This document shows positions 1 through 13,687 of a stretch of DNA of 64,000 nt, one piece after another. The stretch comes from Basidiobolus meristosporus CBS 931.73 (lineage: Eukaryota; Fungi; Basidiobolomycota). Where the stretch lies: contig MCFE01000406.1 of assembly GCA_002104905.1 (NCBI GenBank), positions 16,489-80,488 on the forward strand. The letters are read 5' to 3'. Every line of letters begins with the position of its first letter. Position 1 is the stretch's first letter. Position numbers and translations under genes: made by a program. A model generated the notes under the pieces. That model ran no database searches. It was not told the origin of the DNA and was given only the letters and a program-made list of their open reading frames with translations.

Positions 1-186
1 TCCTAATAATTCTTCCAGATCATGCAATCACTATCATACTGATATCAGCGGCTATTTAAATGGCTCCGCCCATCAAGCCCACGTCAGATATTCGTGACTG
101 CTTATTACATTAGCCCAAGTGATTATAGAATCGTATATATTCAATTTCTTCCCAATCATCCACGATCATCTTTACAACTGATTAGA

Positions 187-911
187 ATGCCACACTTGGA
201 CGATCACCCATTCCTTGCTGATCAAGAGAGAACTATTCGTATGGGCCTGTTGCAAGGAACAGAGACTGTTACCAAGACTGCTAAAGGAATATGGCATGAT
301 TTCAAAGTATAAATATCCATTCTGCTTATTAGTCGTCAAGGATTCTAAACCGAAGTATACAGGATTTTATAGATAATGGAAATGTGTTAGGATTGGCCGT
401 TGGGCTGGTTACTGGTGGCGCCTTCACCAGTCTGATTAACTCCTTGGTCAGTGACATAATTACACCACCCTTTGGGCTCCTGCTAGGTAAGTGCTCCATG
501 TACAGTTTTTTGTGTGCTCCTGAGAGTAACCTCCATTCCTAGGCAAGGCAAACTTTGAGAATCTTTTCGTTATTCTGAAGCATGGAAATTCCATAAATCA
601 AAGCTACGAAACCATTGACCAGGCGCAAAAAGATGGTGCAGTAACTTGGAATTATGGCCGTTTTATCCAAGTTATAAGCAATTTTATTATACTAAGCTTT
701 TCACTCTTCTGGGCTGTGAGATGTATGCTCGCCTTTATTTCGGATGTTGAATCCTCAAACTAACCCGCTTATAGTTTTCCAGATTTTTCAGAAAGATGAA
801 ATCATCAAATCTCAAGTGAACTGCAAATATTGCCGCAGCTCGATCAATAAGAAATCAATACGATGTAAGTTTTGCACATCATGGCTTGATGAACGTGAGC
901 AACCTCGGTAG
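187..911 (+). CDS. mscL: Large-conductance mechanosensitive channel (MscL family), 3 introns, C-terminal CxxC..CxxC tail
   Basis: Spliced translation MPHLDD...WHDFK|DFIDNGNVLGLAVGLVTGGAFTSLINSLVSDIITPPFGLLL|GKANFENLF...NYGRFIQVISNFIILSFSLFWAVR...QVNCKYCRSSINKKSIRCKFCTSWLD* matches the MscL TM1 signature (F..GNV.DLAVG...G.AF..IV.SLV.DII.P) and TM2 (YG.F.....NF.I). Confidence 0.88.
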
Positions 912-2554
912 GGTTGTCTCCAGCTGCCTTGCTTGGCTATCCCCTGCTCATTCTAAAGTGTGGAATCCTACTGATATGTTACCCTGTGAATTCGAATATG
1001 CATCAATGTATATAAATATATACCTTCAGCACACTGCTATATGCTATTAAACTATGTACTCCAATTAGATATCATAACTGCAATTAGTGAGGCACATCTG
1101 ACCTGTTTGCGGATATTTTCTACTCAATAGCTTGAAAGCTAAGGATACCTATCAAACAGTAGGAAGCTATAATACCGGTGAATCTACAAACGCCTAATAG
1201 ATCTAAAGCTCTGTCCAATGTCATCCACACAACTGCAGTGCAAGCTTGGCAACCCATAAGAATGGTCCAAATCACATTTTATGGAAGGTAACGTAATTAT
1301 TTGAGTATGCATTCTGCATCTGGATGCTCTGAAACGGCCACTTCTGATCCATCATGAACGCTTACTTTCTGATGAATCCAGGGATCAAGGTGGATTCACT
1401 TTATATAATATCAAATGGTATTATTAGGAGCAGTTTGGATCCTCATGTCTTAATGACTGCCGCTTGTGAATCACCTTATATGCCCTCAACCTGGAACAGG
1501 CCGTTGCAATAGCCCGAATAAAATCTCATATAATATTTCAGTTACTGACTATACATGGTGATTAAAATAGCACTTGAGGGATATGGCCTAGTTGCTAAGG
1601 AGATTTGTATGAATGCCAGAAACCCGAGTTACTGAGAAAAAACACCACCCTGCACTGCACATCCCATTGAGCCTCTGGTTTCCCTTATATAGCAGGGTTA
1701 ATATTACTACATCTTATCACACATCAAGACGAGGTGACTGCTAGATGCTAATATCAAATACCCTTGATGGATACGAATTCTAAGTACTTGTTGAGCAGTC
1801 ATCGCCTCTTCTCCCTGTGGCCTTGCCCCTGAGATAGTCCAATGGATACTGCAGTGGATGTTCTCTAGTGTTTGAGTTCGCTATCATTGAATGGTCGACA
1901 TTTACCGGTTACTTTAGCATTAAACCATAGAAATCCATACTTCGGCGGAATATTTATTGAGATAGTATATTTTTATTGTTTTTTGAACAGACCCCATATC
2001 CCCGTATCAGTCCCCAATGGCAGCCTCGCAGGGTGGTTTGTTTTTTTCGCCATCAACTGATCTCCAAATTGAGATTCCACGTTTTGATAGTCAAAGGTAA
2101 ACAAGTCCCTTCATGATCAAAGATCGAACCAATTATCCAGGCCATCTCCAGGTTATATTTTGCGATAGAGGTATACTCAGCATATGTGATTCAAGAAAAA
2201 TTGGATTTGTCTTCCAAGTGGATCTTTCAAGGAATGAAAATATTGGTATAGTTTTTTATTATGATCACCAAAGTATATGCTTACACCGTGATACAAGTCA
2301 GTGGTGGTTTGTACTACAGGGGTCGAGCCCACTTTATTTTAAATAGCTCCAACACTGTAGTTCATCATTATTTTCCGAATTGGTCCAACGTCCAGTTTAC
2401 TTCAATCGATCTTACCTGCATCCTTCCACAGATTTTGCACCGCAAACCACCACTTCAAGCGTTTCGTTCATACGGCCTCGCTTACAATTTGACTCTTGTC
2501 TAATACCCAACGACACTACATATCAGCTGAGAGCACATATTAAGGTATCTCAGT

Positions 2555-3885
2555 ATGCCATCTAATCTGCCAAAGAAAGGCCACTCTGGCGCACCAAAGA
2601 GGAGTGCAAATGCTTCGATTTCTAAAATTGCCGAGGCTAGGAAAACTTCGGGCAAGATTAGCAAGAGCATCCTCTGCGATATGACCAACAGACAGGTAAA
2701 TCCTCGCCTACGCCTAGGTGACTAAGATTGGCCCACTAACTTGGTAAGCTCTATTAGACGGCAAAAGTGTTTCCGAACCAACACGGGGACGACGGTAGCG
2801 CTGAAAATAGTGAGCACGCAACGATCACTGTTCAAACATCGCGCAACCCTCGGGCGGAAAACTATGATGACTCGAGTATTCACTCGACTGCACAGCCTTG
2901 TGATGCCTTGATGGATATGGACCCTGATGCTGGCCATGATCCGTTCAACCCAATTATACAGGACATCGAGGAAATGGATAAACATGACATAAACATGGTA
3001 GCAGAATATGCGGACGAAATTATCGAATACATGAGAGAATTGGAAGTAATGCTGATCCATACAATTTCTATGTATTCTCCACGAAATCTAAACTTCCCTT
3101 TCTAGATCCGGATGTTGCCTGACCCTTCTTACATCGAGCGCCAGCCCGAGTTAAAATGGCATATGCGTGGGATCCTTTTTGATTGGTTAGTCCAAGTTCA
3201 CGACCGTTTCAAGATGCATCAAGAGACCTTGTTTCTATGCGCGAATTATATCGACCGATTTCTTTCCGTTAAAGAGATTTCGATAGACAAGCTACAACTG
3301 GTGGGAATCACTGCACTCTTCATCGCTGCAAAGTACGAGGAGATAAGCCCACCCACCATTAGTGAGATGATATTTATGGTTGATGGGGCTTTCTCTGTTG
3401 ACGATTTGAAAAAGGCAGAACGGTATATGATGAACATATTGAACTACGAACTGGGCTATCCAGATCCGCTGAGCTTTTTACGGCGGATATCTAAGGCAGA
3501 TCACTATGACTCCTCTATTAGAACTCTAGCAAAGTACTTAACGGAAGTCACCATCATGTATGAAGCATTTATCCAATATCCCTCATCAAAGGTTGCTGCA
3601 GCCAGTTACTATCTTGCTATGGGGTTGTTGGACAAGGGAATTTGGGTAAGCATCAATGTTACACATTTCCATGCCGACGCACCTAACTTTTTTTCCACCG
3701 CCCAGACCAATTCTCATGTACATTATTCAGGCTATACAGAAATGGACTTGATATCCTGCGCACTTCAGCTTCGTAGTCGCCTCCCTCATAAACAAAACCA
3801 CGAGGCCATGTTTGTCAAATACCACTCCGAAAAATATATGAGCGCTTCAGCCTATGTCGAAAACGTATTCACAAATTATTCCTGA
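2555..3885 (+). CDS. B-type (G2/M) cyclin, 3 introns
   Basis: Cyclin box MRGILFDWLVQVH..F...ETLFL..NYIDRFLS...LQLVGITALFIAAKYEEI. First exon (ATG 2555) ends in a D-box-like KSILCDMTN. Introns ~2696-2757, ~3046-3104, ~3646-3704. Confidence 0.93.
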
Positions 3886-4839
3886 GGGCGCATGAGGGAA
3901 TCCACCCTACCCCCTCTAATATTCTCCACTGTAATGATAGATTTACCTTCCCTACCCCGAACTAGGTAAATGCACAGGCCCATTGTTGATTTGTATTTAG
4001 GTATAGTAATGGCATATCTTTCTTCTGTGTATAAATTCGAGTAGTCTGTACCGTCAAGCGTTGTTATGAAACCTAATCTGTCCAGAAACGGGTATTTGTA
4101 CGAATCCTTCATGATTACAGGCATGCAACCTTGAGGTGTCACATCATATATTTCTTTGGATCTTATTCAGCGAAATTTTTTTCTTTGCGATAATGGAATA
4201 CATATAAAAGTATTTGAAATATCAATGATGTTAAAGTAGCCCTCATGGCGAACAGGCTTCGAACCGCAACGATTACTTCAATTGTATTGGTGCATTCAAT
4301 GCGCGTAAAGGCGTAGAAGGCGCCGGAACTCCACCCTTCAATCAATCACATACCTTTAGTAAAACTTTAACCTGCATTTTCCTATATCCCTCGGGCCACC
4401 TGTGTCACAACATTTATTTACTGAACACCAGGCTTAGCCATATATGGTATATAGAATGAAAGTCGATATTTGAAGAGAGCTCCGTATTTCCTAAAGCAGC
4501 CTGACTAGATAATGCAGGGATTTTCCTCAAACTGACCTGAACCTGCACAAGCAGTATAACCTGTTCTCATAATCACTAGATAATTCCAATTCCAGGCTGA
4601 CGGCCTACTGCCTCAGCTTTTATGTAGATCAACATAAAAAAGCGAAGTTGCTCTATGACCACCTAACCCATCATCCTGTCGCGATGGTGATGATCACAAT
4701 GTGGATGCCGATTATTTAGTGATTAGGCTGATTATCCGATTTAAAATTGTTCCCAAATAACTCATAATCACTTGGTGATACAGTAGTCACCGATATATGA
4801 TGAGAGAAATTCTATTTTATTAAGCCGTGTTATAACCTC

Positions 4840-6828
4840 ATGTTTAGACTCGTAAGAAACTTTCGTCATGCCAATGCATGTCCTAGTCAACGTACGTTCC
4901 TTGGGACCTTTCGTCCGAATGTTGATCGCACCATGAAAATTTCAGAAAAAAGTACATGGACAAGAGGAAGCCCCAATAGTTCCCGTAATATTGTGGAAAA
5001 TTTACTCTATAGAAATTATTTTACCTGGAAGTCGGGCGGGCATTTTGAAGACACTATTTATGCTTTATCTTCGGGTAGGGGCAAGGCGGGGGTAGCAGTA
5101 ATACGTGTCTCCGGTCCTGACGCATCCAAGTGCATAGAGAGGTTGACGAGACCCTTTAATTCTGTAAAAGCAGAGATGGAGACCCTGCCTCCTAGTAGAA
5201 AAGCAGTGTTCAGAAAAATCATTCATCCTTCTACCGGTGAAATTTTGGACCATGGGCTTGTACTTTGGTTTCCAGGTGAAAATTTGACCCTACATATCAC
5301 ACTGTACGAGTCCCCATAAGCTAACGATATTTTTATACAGGTCCGAATAGTTTTACAGGAGAAGACATTGTTGAGCTTCAGGTTCATGGCGGAAATGCGG
5401 TTGTTCAGGGGATCCTAGGTGCACTTGGAAAACTCCAAGATTATCGACCTGCTGAGCAAGGAGAGTTTGCTAGAAGGTGATGATTGACTACACCCATTTC
5501 ACAGTATCAAACAGTATACTCATTGCCCGAAAGAGCTTTTGAAAACGACAAATTAGATCTAACGGAAGTAGAGGGCTTAGCCGATCTTCTCAACGCTGAG
5601 ACTGAAATACAGAGAAGGTTGGCCTTAAGACAAGCCGGGGTATGGTAGCTTGAGCTTCTGACAATCTTGTTTTCTTAAAATAATGTTTTCAACTACTAGG
5701 GTGCACTGAAAGGACTGTATGATAGCTGGCGTTCTGACATAATCAAAAACCTGGCTTTGGTTGAAGCTATTATTGACTTTGGTGAGGATGAAAATATTGA
5801 GGATGGTATTTTTAAACAAGGTAACGCACCTCATGACTGCACTAGAGGAACCTGTCTATTAATATTTATTTATCAAGTGTACGATGCAATCTCTTCAATG
5901 TACCTTTCTATTACCAACCACATGAACGATAATCGCAGAGGGGAAATTCTTAGGGATGGCATTCATATAGCTATCCTTGGATTGCCAAATGCGGGCAAAA
6001 GCAGCTTTCTGAACAGAATAGCTCAGCGTGATGTTGCGATCGTTTCACACATCCCTGGAACAACAAGAGACATCGTTGAGACCACTTTGAACATTGGTGG
6101 ATATCCGGTAGTACTGGGTGACACGGCAGGGCTTCGGGACACTGATAACCTCATTGAGGCGGAAGGCGTTTTTCGAGCGAAAAAGAAAATACAGCAGGCA
6201 GATATCAAAATTTGTATCATTGACAGTGCTATGCTAGTAGGTGACGAAGCTAAAGTGAACCTAAAGAAGTCGTTGGGTCCTATCGTCACGGATGAGATTG
6301 ATTCAAACACGCTGATACTACTAAATAAGTCGGACGCAGTCGAAACAGCAGATGGTATCCGAGAGCTGAAAGAAACTATCATAAAAGAATTAGGTTCCTC
6401 GTTTATTTGGGAGGTTTCTTGCAAGACTGGAAAAGGAATTGACACGTTTTTGGGAAGCTTTGCAGAAATTCTTGAAAGCAGGTACAGTACTTGTAGAACT
6501 TGCTAATAGTTACCAGAGGCTGATTGGACTATTGTTTTGTAGTTACGGTACAATGGTTGCTGAAAGTCCCCTCATCACCCAAGCAAGGCACCGAGTGCAT
6601 TTAGGTGATTGCATTGACGCCATAGAGAGATTCCTTGGTATGTAACACTTCAAATCCAATCGTATCTTCAACCATCTAAATATCTGATTCTTCAAAGGAC
6701 AAGATGATATGGTTCTGGCTGCTGAAGATCTCCGGCATGCTGCTAATGCCATGGGAAGGATCACTGGTAGGATAGATGTTGAGGAAGTTCTTGATGTCAT
6801 TTTTAAAGAATTCTGCATCGGAAAATAA
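4840..6828 (+). CDS. MSS1: Mitochondrial tRNA modification GTPase MnmE/TrmE (Mss1/GTPBP3), multi-exon
   Basis: [22 protein letters not shown]; [14 protein letters not shown]; G1 [23 protein letters not shown]; C-terminal FCIGK*; basic N-terminal presequence. Confidence 0.96.
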
Positions 6829-6967
6829 GGCCAAATAGAACCGAACAGACTTCGAATAATAGAAACGGTCGTTTTTACTAAAAAACTTACTATATTAGAT
6901 ACGAATAAATATAGCGCATCATTTATATTAAAGCATGAAGGTTCTACTATATAATTCAATGTGTGTA

Positions 6968-8517
6968 CTATAGGATATATCGGAAGTTCGAAACAGCCGA
7001 CAATCCAGACCCTGGAGCCTTTTCTGGAGTAGCGTTCTCGGTTTTTCGATTTTGTTTACTCAAATAACATCTTAGCAGGAGTGAAACTGTGGCCGTTAAG
7101 CATAGCATGCATACATTGGTGGTATGACTTGGTATGTAATGTGGGGCCTCTTCTTTTCGGTATAACTGGCCTGCAATCACACCACCAATGTTGCCTAGTG
7201 AGATTACCAAGGCTGTTGCAGTTGCAGCTTTGGTGGATCCATGGATGTTGTTACTAAGCCAGCCGAGCGATATCGGGATGCAGGAAAATACTCCTATAGT
7301 TGCTATAGAAGCAGCTGCATAGAGAGCCTTCGTGTCGGCCAGAACAAGAAGCAAAAAATAGCCAAGTGCACCAAGTAGACTTTGGCCAAGCACGTGATAG
7401 CCACGCTCCTGACGGTAATCTGAGTGGAATGCCATTGCAATTGTAAATATGAAGCCAAGTGCGTACGGTGGCGCAGTTAGAAGCTGAGCAGTAACGTTGG
7501 TAAATCCGAGGTCACGAACGATGGTAGGAAGAAGGAATGCCAAGGAGTAGAGCGGAAGGACAATCCCGATAAAAAGTAAGGCGTACATCCAGACTACAAC
7601 ATCAGTAATTGCCGCTATAAATTGCTGTTTATCTAAATGCGAAGTCGATACAGTCCCTTGTTCTTGAGTGAGACGAAGTTCGACCAGTTCACGCTCTCTA
7701 GGGGTCAGCCACTTGGCTGTGGATGGACTGTCAGGTAATAAAAACCTGGAGGATTCGTTAGAGAATAATCGTGCATCAGGTTAGATGTGACTTCTTACCA
7801 AGTTGTAATGCCAAGAATAACGGTAGGCGCTCCCTCAATGATGAAAATCCATTGCCAACCGGAAAGCCCAGAAGAACTATCAATGTGGGTAATGCCATAT
7901 GCTAGAACGCCACCAAAAGCGCCAGCCAATGTGGCAGCTGAAAAGAATAATGCGACTCTGGAGCATTGCTCCTTACGAGTATACCAAAACGTGAGATAAA
8001 AGATGATTCCGGGAAACAAGCTTAACAAATGAAGTTAACACCAAAACACAGAGTAGAGTATACATCCTAACACCAACCCTGCCTCCGATAACCCAAGAAA
8101 GAAGCGGCACACCATCATTCCGGCGAAATTCTTCACTGCGGCCATAGACATGGTACACACTCCCCAAGTAACCATGATTCTGGCAATCCAGTGAGAAGGA
8201 GAATACTTCTTGAGCAATAGATTCGATGGGATTTCAAAAATAATGTACCCGATGAAAAAGATCGATAGGCACCAGGAGTATTGACTTGAAGTGAGACCAA
8301 TGTCAGCTTCCAGATTTGCTAAGCGAGCATTGCCTATGTTCACACGATCCAAAAACGAAAACAGATACAGCAATCCGGCGTATGGCAATATTCTTGCGTC
8401 GATTTTTCTTAGCAGGTGTGCTTCCTCTTCTGGTGTCCATGTGTTCTCTTGAATCACAATCTCTTGTGGGGATGTCCTCATTTTTGTTTCTTCCTCTCTG
8501 AGCTGGATCTCAGACAT
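6968..8517 (-). CDS. MFS transporter, anion:cation symporter (Dal5/Tna1-like), 2 introns
   Basis: LLRKIDARILP..LLYLFSFLDRVNIGNA; FEIPSN; EAGLFPGIIFYLTFWY; GWQWIFIIEG; GNIGGVIAGQLY; ends FRYIL*. Confidence 0.95.
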
Positions 8518-9458
8518 TGTAGATTCTATATCTGCTGGCAGGAGAAAATGATAAAATTATAGCGGTTTTGACGTATTTATATCATGGTCAAACCAAGCAG
8601 CACACACTAGTATTATTGGGAAATATTTGCATGTAGCGCGCAGTATATAAAAGGGAACAATGTAGTGTGTGCTTCTGCATAATGTTGGGTTATAATCAAA
8701 CAGTTGAAAGTCAATGTAGTGCGGAATCACACTGAACATGTTTTAAGGGGGTGACGTTGCAGCTAATACTGTATTGCCTAAAGCTTGAAATCTTATGAAT
8801 CTAGCTACCATATGCCTTTATATGCCTATGTTATATACTGTTTAATTTTAGATTATCCGTTAGATATCTTTCATGTAAAGTCTTGATTGTTTACATACAA
8901 ACAAGTACGATGATTCTTTAAAGGAGATTACATTGCTGGATATTACCTAAAATTGGGAATGATCGTCTTGCAATTTGCACGTTGTACTTACACCTTCAGT
9001 TACCACCTTTGCAGGTCCGGCAGTTCTCGTCTTTCGGGTAGACAATCTCGCATTCTATTCGCATCTCTTGGCTACCTAAATCAATCAAGCTGTCAATCTT
9101 AAGTACGAGTAAATTGATACACTGCAAGCCTGGTGACAGGAACTATTCTCTGGAACGCTATTCGTTAAAACCAGTTATTACCACACTGCATTCCAGTATC
9201 CGAGTGCTCTTCCGGCCAGCCTATACAATTGCCATAGTCTATCTAAACTGTACCAGCAATAGGCTCTATTTGCCCAGTGGAGTATGCATGGTAAAATGAA
9301 GCCAAACGAGATTTTATAATACAGTTTCTTCGGGGTCGCTGGTGACTGTTCAGTATCATTTAATATATATATATATATATATACCGATTCTTGTAAATTT
9401 CATGGGTGGCAGCATATCTCTGTAATATATGCTTATATATTAAAAAGTATATAGAAAT

Positions 9459-10070
9459 TCACAGAACAAACATCGACCCGTCTTCCCAAAAGAAGCATAC
9501 TTGGAGATAAATATCTGAAGCAAAGGGTTTTTTGACTCTACCCGCTTCAACACCAGTGAGTTTTTTGCCATAGAAATGCTGGGCTCTTAAATTTTGACTA
9601 ATGGTCCACACACAGAATTTCTTGGAATCCATCAGCTCAAACATCCTTTTGACTGCAGTGCACCAAAGACTTTGTGCCACTCCAGTGCCATGGTAATCTT
9701 TCGAGATATAGAAAACCTTCACTTCACCGGTGTTCTTTGGATCAACAGCAAAATCGGAGAAATTGGAGCGAACGGGACCAACATCGATCAGACCAACGAC
9801 CCTGCCATGAGCAGTAGCAATCCAGGTGGTGTCTTGAGGATTCACCCCATTGAAGTGGCTTTCCAGTTGTTGGCATCGATTGTGGCACCACTCAACAGAA
9901 TTCAAACTATCCAACAAGGCATCAGGGACAATCCCTTTGAAGGTATCTCTCCAGGCTTGCATATGCATCTCTACAATAGAACTTGCATCTTCTGGTAAAG
10001 CCTGTCGAATGGTAACCTCTGATGGTAGCGGACGGAGGGAGATAACAGGGTCTAAGGAAAGCACACTCAT
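9459..10070 (-). CDS. GNAT-family N-acetyltransferase, intronless, bacterial-type
   Basis: IRQALPEDASSIVEMHMQAWRDTFKGIVPDALLDSL; acetyl-CoA motif A FYISKDYHGTGVAQSL; N.RAQHFY. Start placed at ATG 10070 (MSVLSL). Confidence 0.85.
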   Translation of the reverse strand: MSVLSLDPVISLRPLPSEVTIRQALPEDASSIVEMHMQAWRDTFKGIVPDALLDSLNSVEWCHNRCQQLESHFNGVNPQDTTWIATAHGRVVGLIDVGPVRSNFSDFAVDPKNTGEVKVFYISKDYHGTGVAQSLWCTAVKRMFELMDSKKFCVWTISQNLRAQHFYGKKLTGVEAGRVKKPFASDIYLQVCFFWEDGSMFVL

Positions 10071-10422
10071 TTTGATTAATACAGGTATCATGATCACAAA
10101 CAGCTTATATACTATCAAAATTCTCCCACCTTCTATGCATCCTTGTAATGAAAACTGCGGATGTTGTCGTGTGATCAAATTCGAGCGTCTTGTGGGATAG
10201 GCTGATATTGTCACAACATCTATTACTCATAGTTAGTACACAAGACAGTGAAAAACGAATCAAGCAAAAAAGACATTCGAGGTTGCTCTTTCAAGTGGTC
10301 CCTTTAATAATATTAATATAGGAATCAACAATATGCGGGAATCGTTAAATTCGCCATGTTCCACAATGATTAGAATTCGAAGTTGATAAATCCCATAGCC
10401 AAATGCCGGCTGAAGGGATTGC

Positions 10423-11639
10423 TTAGTACAGTGGAGTGAAGGGTACACCGGATGGCTGTAGCCAATTATCATCAGCATACTTGGCTTTCATGTCGATTAC
10501 ATGGAATGTGTAGATGTATCTCGAGTTCGCTGATAAATTTGGAGTAGACTTATGAACTACAGATCCATGTAGGAGAACTAGTGAGCCTCGACCAACGCTT
10601 TCCGTAACGAATTGATCATCTGGGAACTCCAATGATTGAACCTCTCCGATAAATTTGGTTCCACCATTTTCGGCATCGCGCACGAAGCGGCGGCGCAATG
10701 GTACGTCTGGAAAGGAAATCAGTCAGCATGGAAACTCGAATGTGCTAGAAAGACGCTTACTCTTATGAGACCCAGGAATAAATGAGAGGGTTCCATTACT
10801 GGGCGTACAATCCTCCAAGGCAAACCAAAAGCCTCTCGCGGTCGGTGGGTCAGTATAAAGGAACTCAGAGTCCTGATGTGAAGGGACTATTGCAAGAGAT
10901 ACCATTCAATATCCAGCCGTGGAACCCAACTTCAAGTATATTCACCTTTCCCCCCAATATACGGTTGCTTCAGAATCACCATTGATTGCAATACCACGGG
11001 CTTTTCAAAGTTGAGAGCCCTGGCGATGGCCTGTACACGCTTGTCCAGAGTAAAATCTCGGAATACCTGATCGTGCATATGCAACCCTATATAGCTCGAC
11101 AATTTAACGGAATGGGAAATCCTTGATCATGCTTTCCTAGTTACCATGACCAATTTTGTTGACAGCCTTCGATTTATCTCTGTTCAAGGCCCCGTTTTCG
11201 TCAAACGCTGCTTCCTCAAAAAAGAATCGTATCTTATCCCCAGAGGTAAGGAAATAATCATCTCCAACATGTTTATTCGTCTGGAAGCGCTCGAAATTAG
11301 TACCCTATTGGCCTGCCCTCAGTAAAGACTTACCTCTCCAGTAGAGAACTGAGTCATTGGATGGCCTGCCAGGTCAAATTCATTTAACAACTTGTCAGAG
11401 CGCTCTTTCAGCTCTTGGGCTTTTTCAGCGGTGAAGAAATTCGGGATGACAAGACTAAACTCGGGTTAGAATAAACCTTCACCTATAAATGATTTATCAC
11501 GTACTATCCATCTTCGTCAAACTGAGAAATAGGTTGAAGGACCAAGTCGTTAATGGTAACATCTTTAAAGTGTATAGTATAGCAACTTTACCTTGGCTTT
11601 TAATTCGGGGGTAAAGCTAAACTCGGCAGCAGCAGACAT
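10423..11639 (-). CDS. Phytanoyl-CoA dioxygenase family Fe(II)/2OG dioxygenase (PHYHD1-like), multi-exon
   Basis: AVNKIGH; [40 protein letters not shown] (HxD); [30 protein letters not shown] (distal His, 2OG Arg). Confidence 0.92.
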
Positions 11640-13687
11640 ACTAGATGTAATGGCAGAGGGGTAAGGTGAAGTGACTATGAACTGAATGATCCACTTTTGG
11701 AAAATCAAAAGTTGTGACTATTAACACAGTAAGCTTGCGTCAACGAAATATATTTATCGAGTACCCTAGGAGTGCGATAAATATTATGTTCTTCTGCCAA
11801 GATTTAAATACTTAAATAGCCGAATATGACTCGTGAGAATATAGCGATAGGAAATGTAATGTATGTGGGCTTGAAGCACCAAGGTGTGGGAATATCACTA
11901 AACTTAATTTTGTGGATCGTTACAAAATTGGTAACTTGGCATTGCAAAAGACGGGGTTTGGAAATTATACAAGCTTTTGTAACGCAATAGTATAAACTCT
12001 GAGCCATAAATTACAGTGACCATATTACGATAGTGAGATACTTCATGTTTAGGTTAAACTTTGAATTGCAGTTATTTATCAAGGTTGTGGAAAAATTCCA
12101 GATTAATGGAAGTAATATAGAGCTACAGCCTCGAAAGCAGTATTCCTCTCTGAAAATCTTCTTCTCATCACCCTTTTAACAGGCCTCGAGTTTGAATTAC
12201 AGGTATTTGTCATTAATAGTAGTTGATGATCATGGCTGTATTTGTATATCTAATACTGTGCAAGTAACGACTCGTGGTGAATGAGGGTTACTCTCAGTGC
12301 TACTACTATGTGTAGGAAGGAGCATCTCTTGGCATTGGAAACTTCTACAATTCAAAACGCGAGGTAAATAAATGCCGATCTTAGCAAACATATTTACTAT
12401 ATACTAGTTGCATATATACCCCTTTCCAATTGAGTTATTCGTCTCGCATTGTGACCGGTACTTGACTAAGCAGAGGCGAAGATCAGCTCGTTGTACAGAT
12501 TAGGATATCAGTTGGCTTCTCGGTGAAAGACCTGAATGCTGTCAATTATCGAGACATAGGCAAGCTATAATGACTGAGCGTTAGAATTGGCATTCCATCA
12601 GCAGTTTCAATCTTCAGTAATCCAACAAAGACCGTTCTCGACGAACCGATATTGGAAACAAGACCGTTCTTTCCAAGCCTGGAATAATACAGATTGTCCG
12701 CTTAATAATAATTGGTGGCGAGAACGGGGATATCGGCCCCGATTAGCCGAGCTTCGGCCGACATTTTAAAAGTGCGTGACATTTGCTTCTCATGGAAAAT
12801 CAAAAAGCAGTTGAGTACTTGAGCCTATCAGGGCCGAATCCACCTTACTATACAAGGTTTGCTGTCATGAAAGTAGCTCCTTATGATCATGATGATGTAA
12901 CAAAATAAAGTAAATAGTGGCTGATGATGAATGTTAATCATCTTCGTTGCTCGTAGAGATGTTAGATGAGCTTTTCGTAAATTCAATCAGTCGCTCAAGG
13001 CGCGCTTTCGGAATAATAATAAAGCAGGAATATGTCAACCAGGCAAGACAAAGTTGGTCCTAACAAGTATTGGTCACAAAGATTATCGCGATTTCTGGTA
13101 AGAATGACAGATTTACCTAAACAAGAAAGATCTCTCAATGGCTTTCAGAACCTCACGAGTTGATGGGGGATTTCGTTGACGGATTCTACCGGCTCAAATG
13201 GAGTCTTGAAATCGGGGTTGAAATCATAATTATGTGGTGCATCAATCTTGGGATTGCAATACATATGGGCAAGAGCCTCCTTGTAAAGTATTGTTTGGCT
13301 CATATTGCAATCATCCTATTGGAATATATCGACCCACCCAAAAGTAAGCTGGGGTGAATTATATCGATTCTAAAATAACGTATCTGATTAGCACACAACT
13401 GATCGTGATTACTCATGATGGAAGTATTTCGGCAACTCTGAAATATATGCGGCCTCTCAATAAATATAAATCATCCGATTTTCCGCTGCAGCGGTTCCTA
13501 TTCTTGCCATTTCAACTGATTCATTGTTGAAAAACTTATCACAATCTTATTCAGTTTCTAGTTACCTGTAACCAACATTGTTGTGTCTCTTCTGTTATTT
13601 GGGTTTGTATCTTAGCATTTTGTAACTTGCCCAATAGAGCCCACCAACAATACTTGTGAACATATTTGGGTTGCATTTCTTATCCTT

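Noticed and set aside
4246-4265. GGTTCGAAGCC on the minus strand resembling a tRNA T-loop
   Set aside because: The T-stem does not pair properly and I could not build acceptor, D or anticodon arms; no tRNA called.
9363-9383. (AT)n microsatellite
   Set aside because: Ordinary simple repeat downstream of the GNAT gene.
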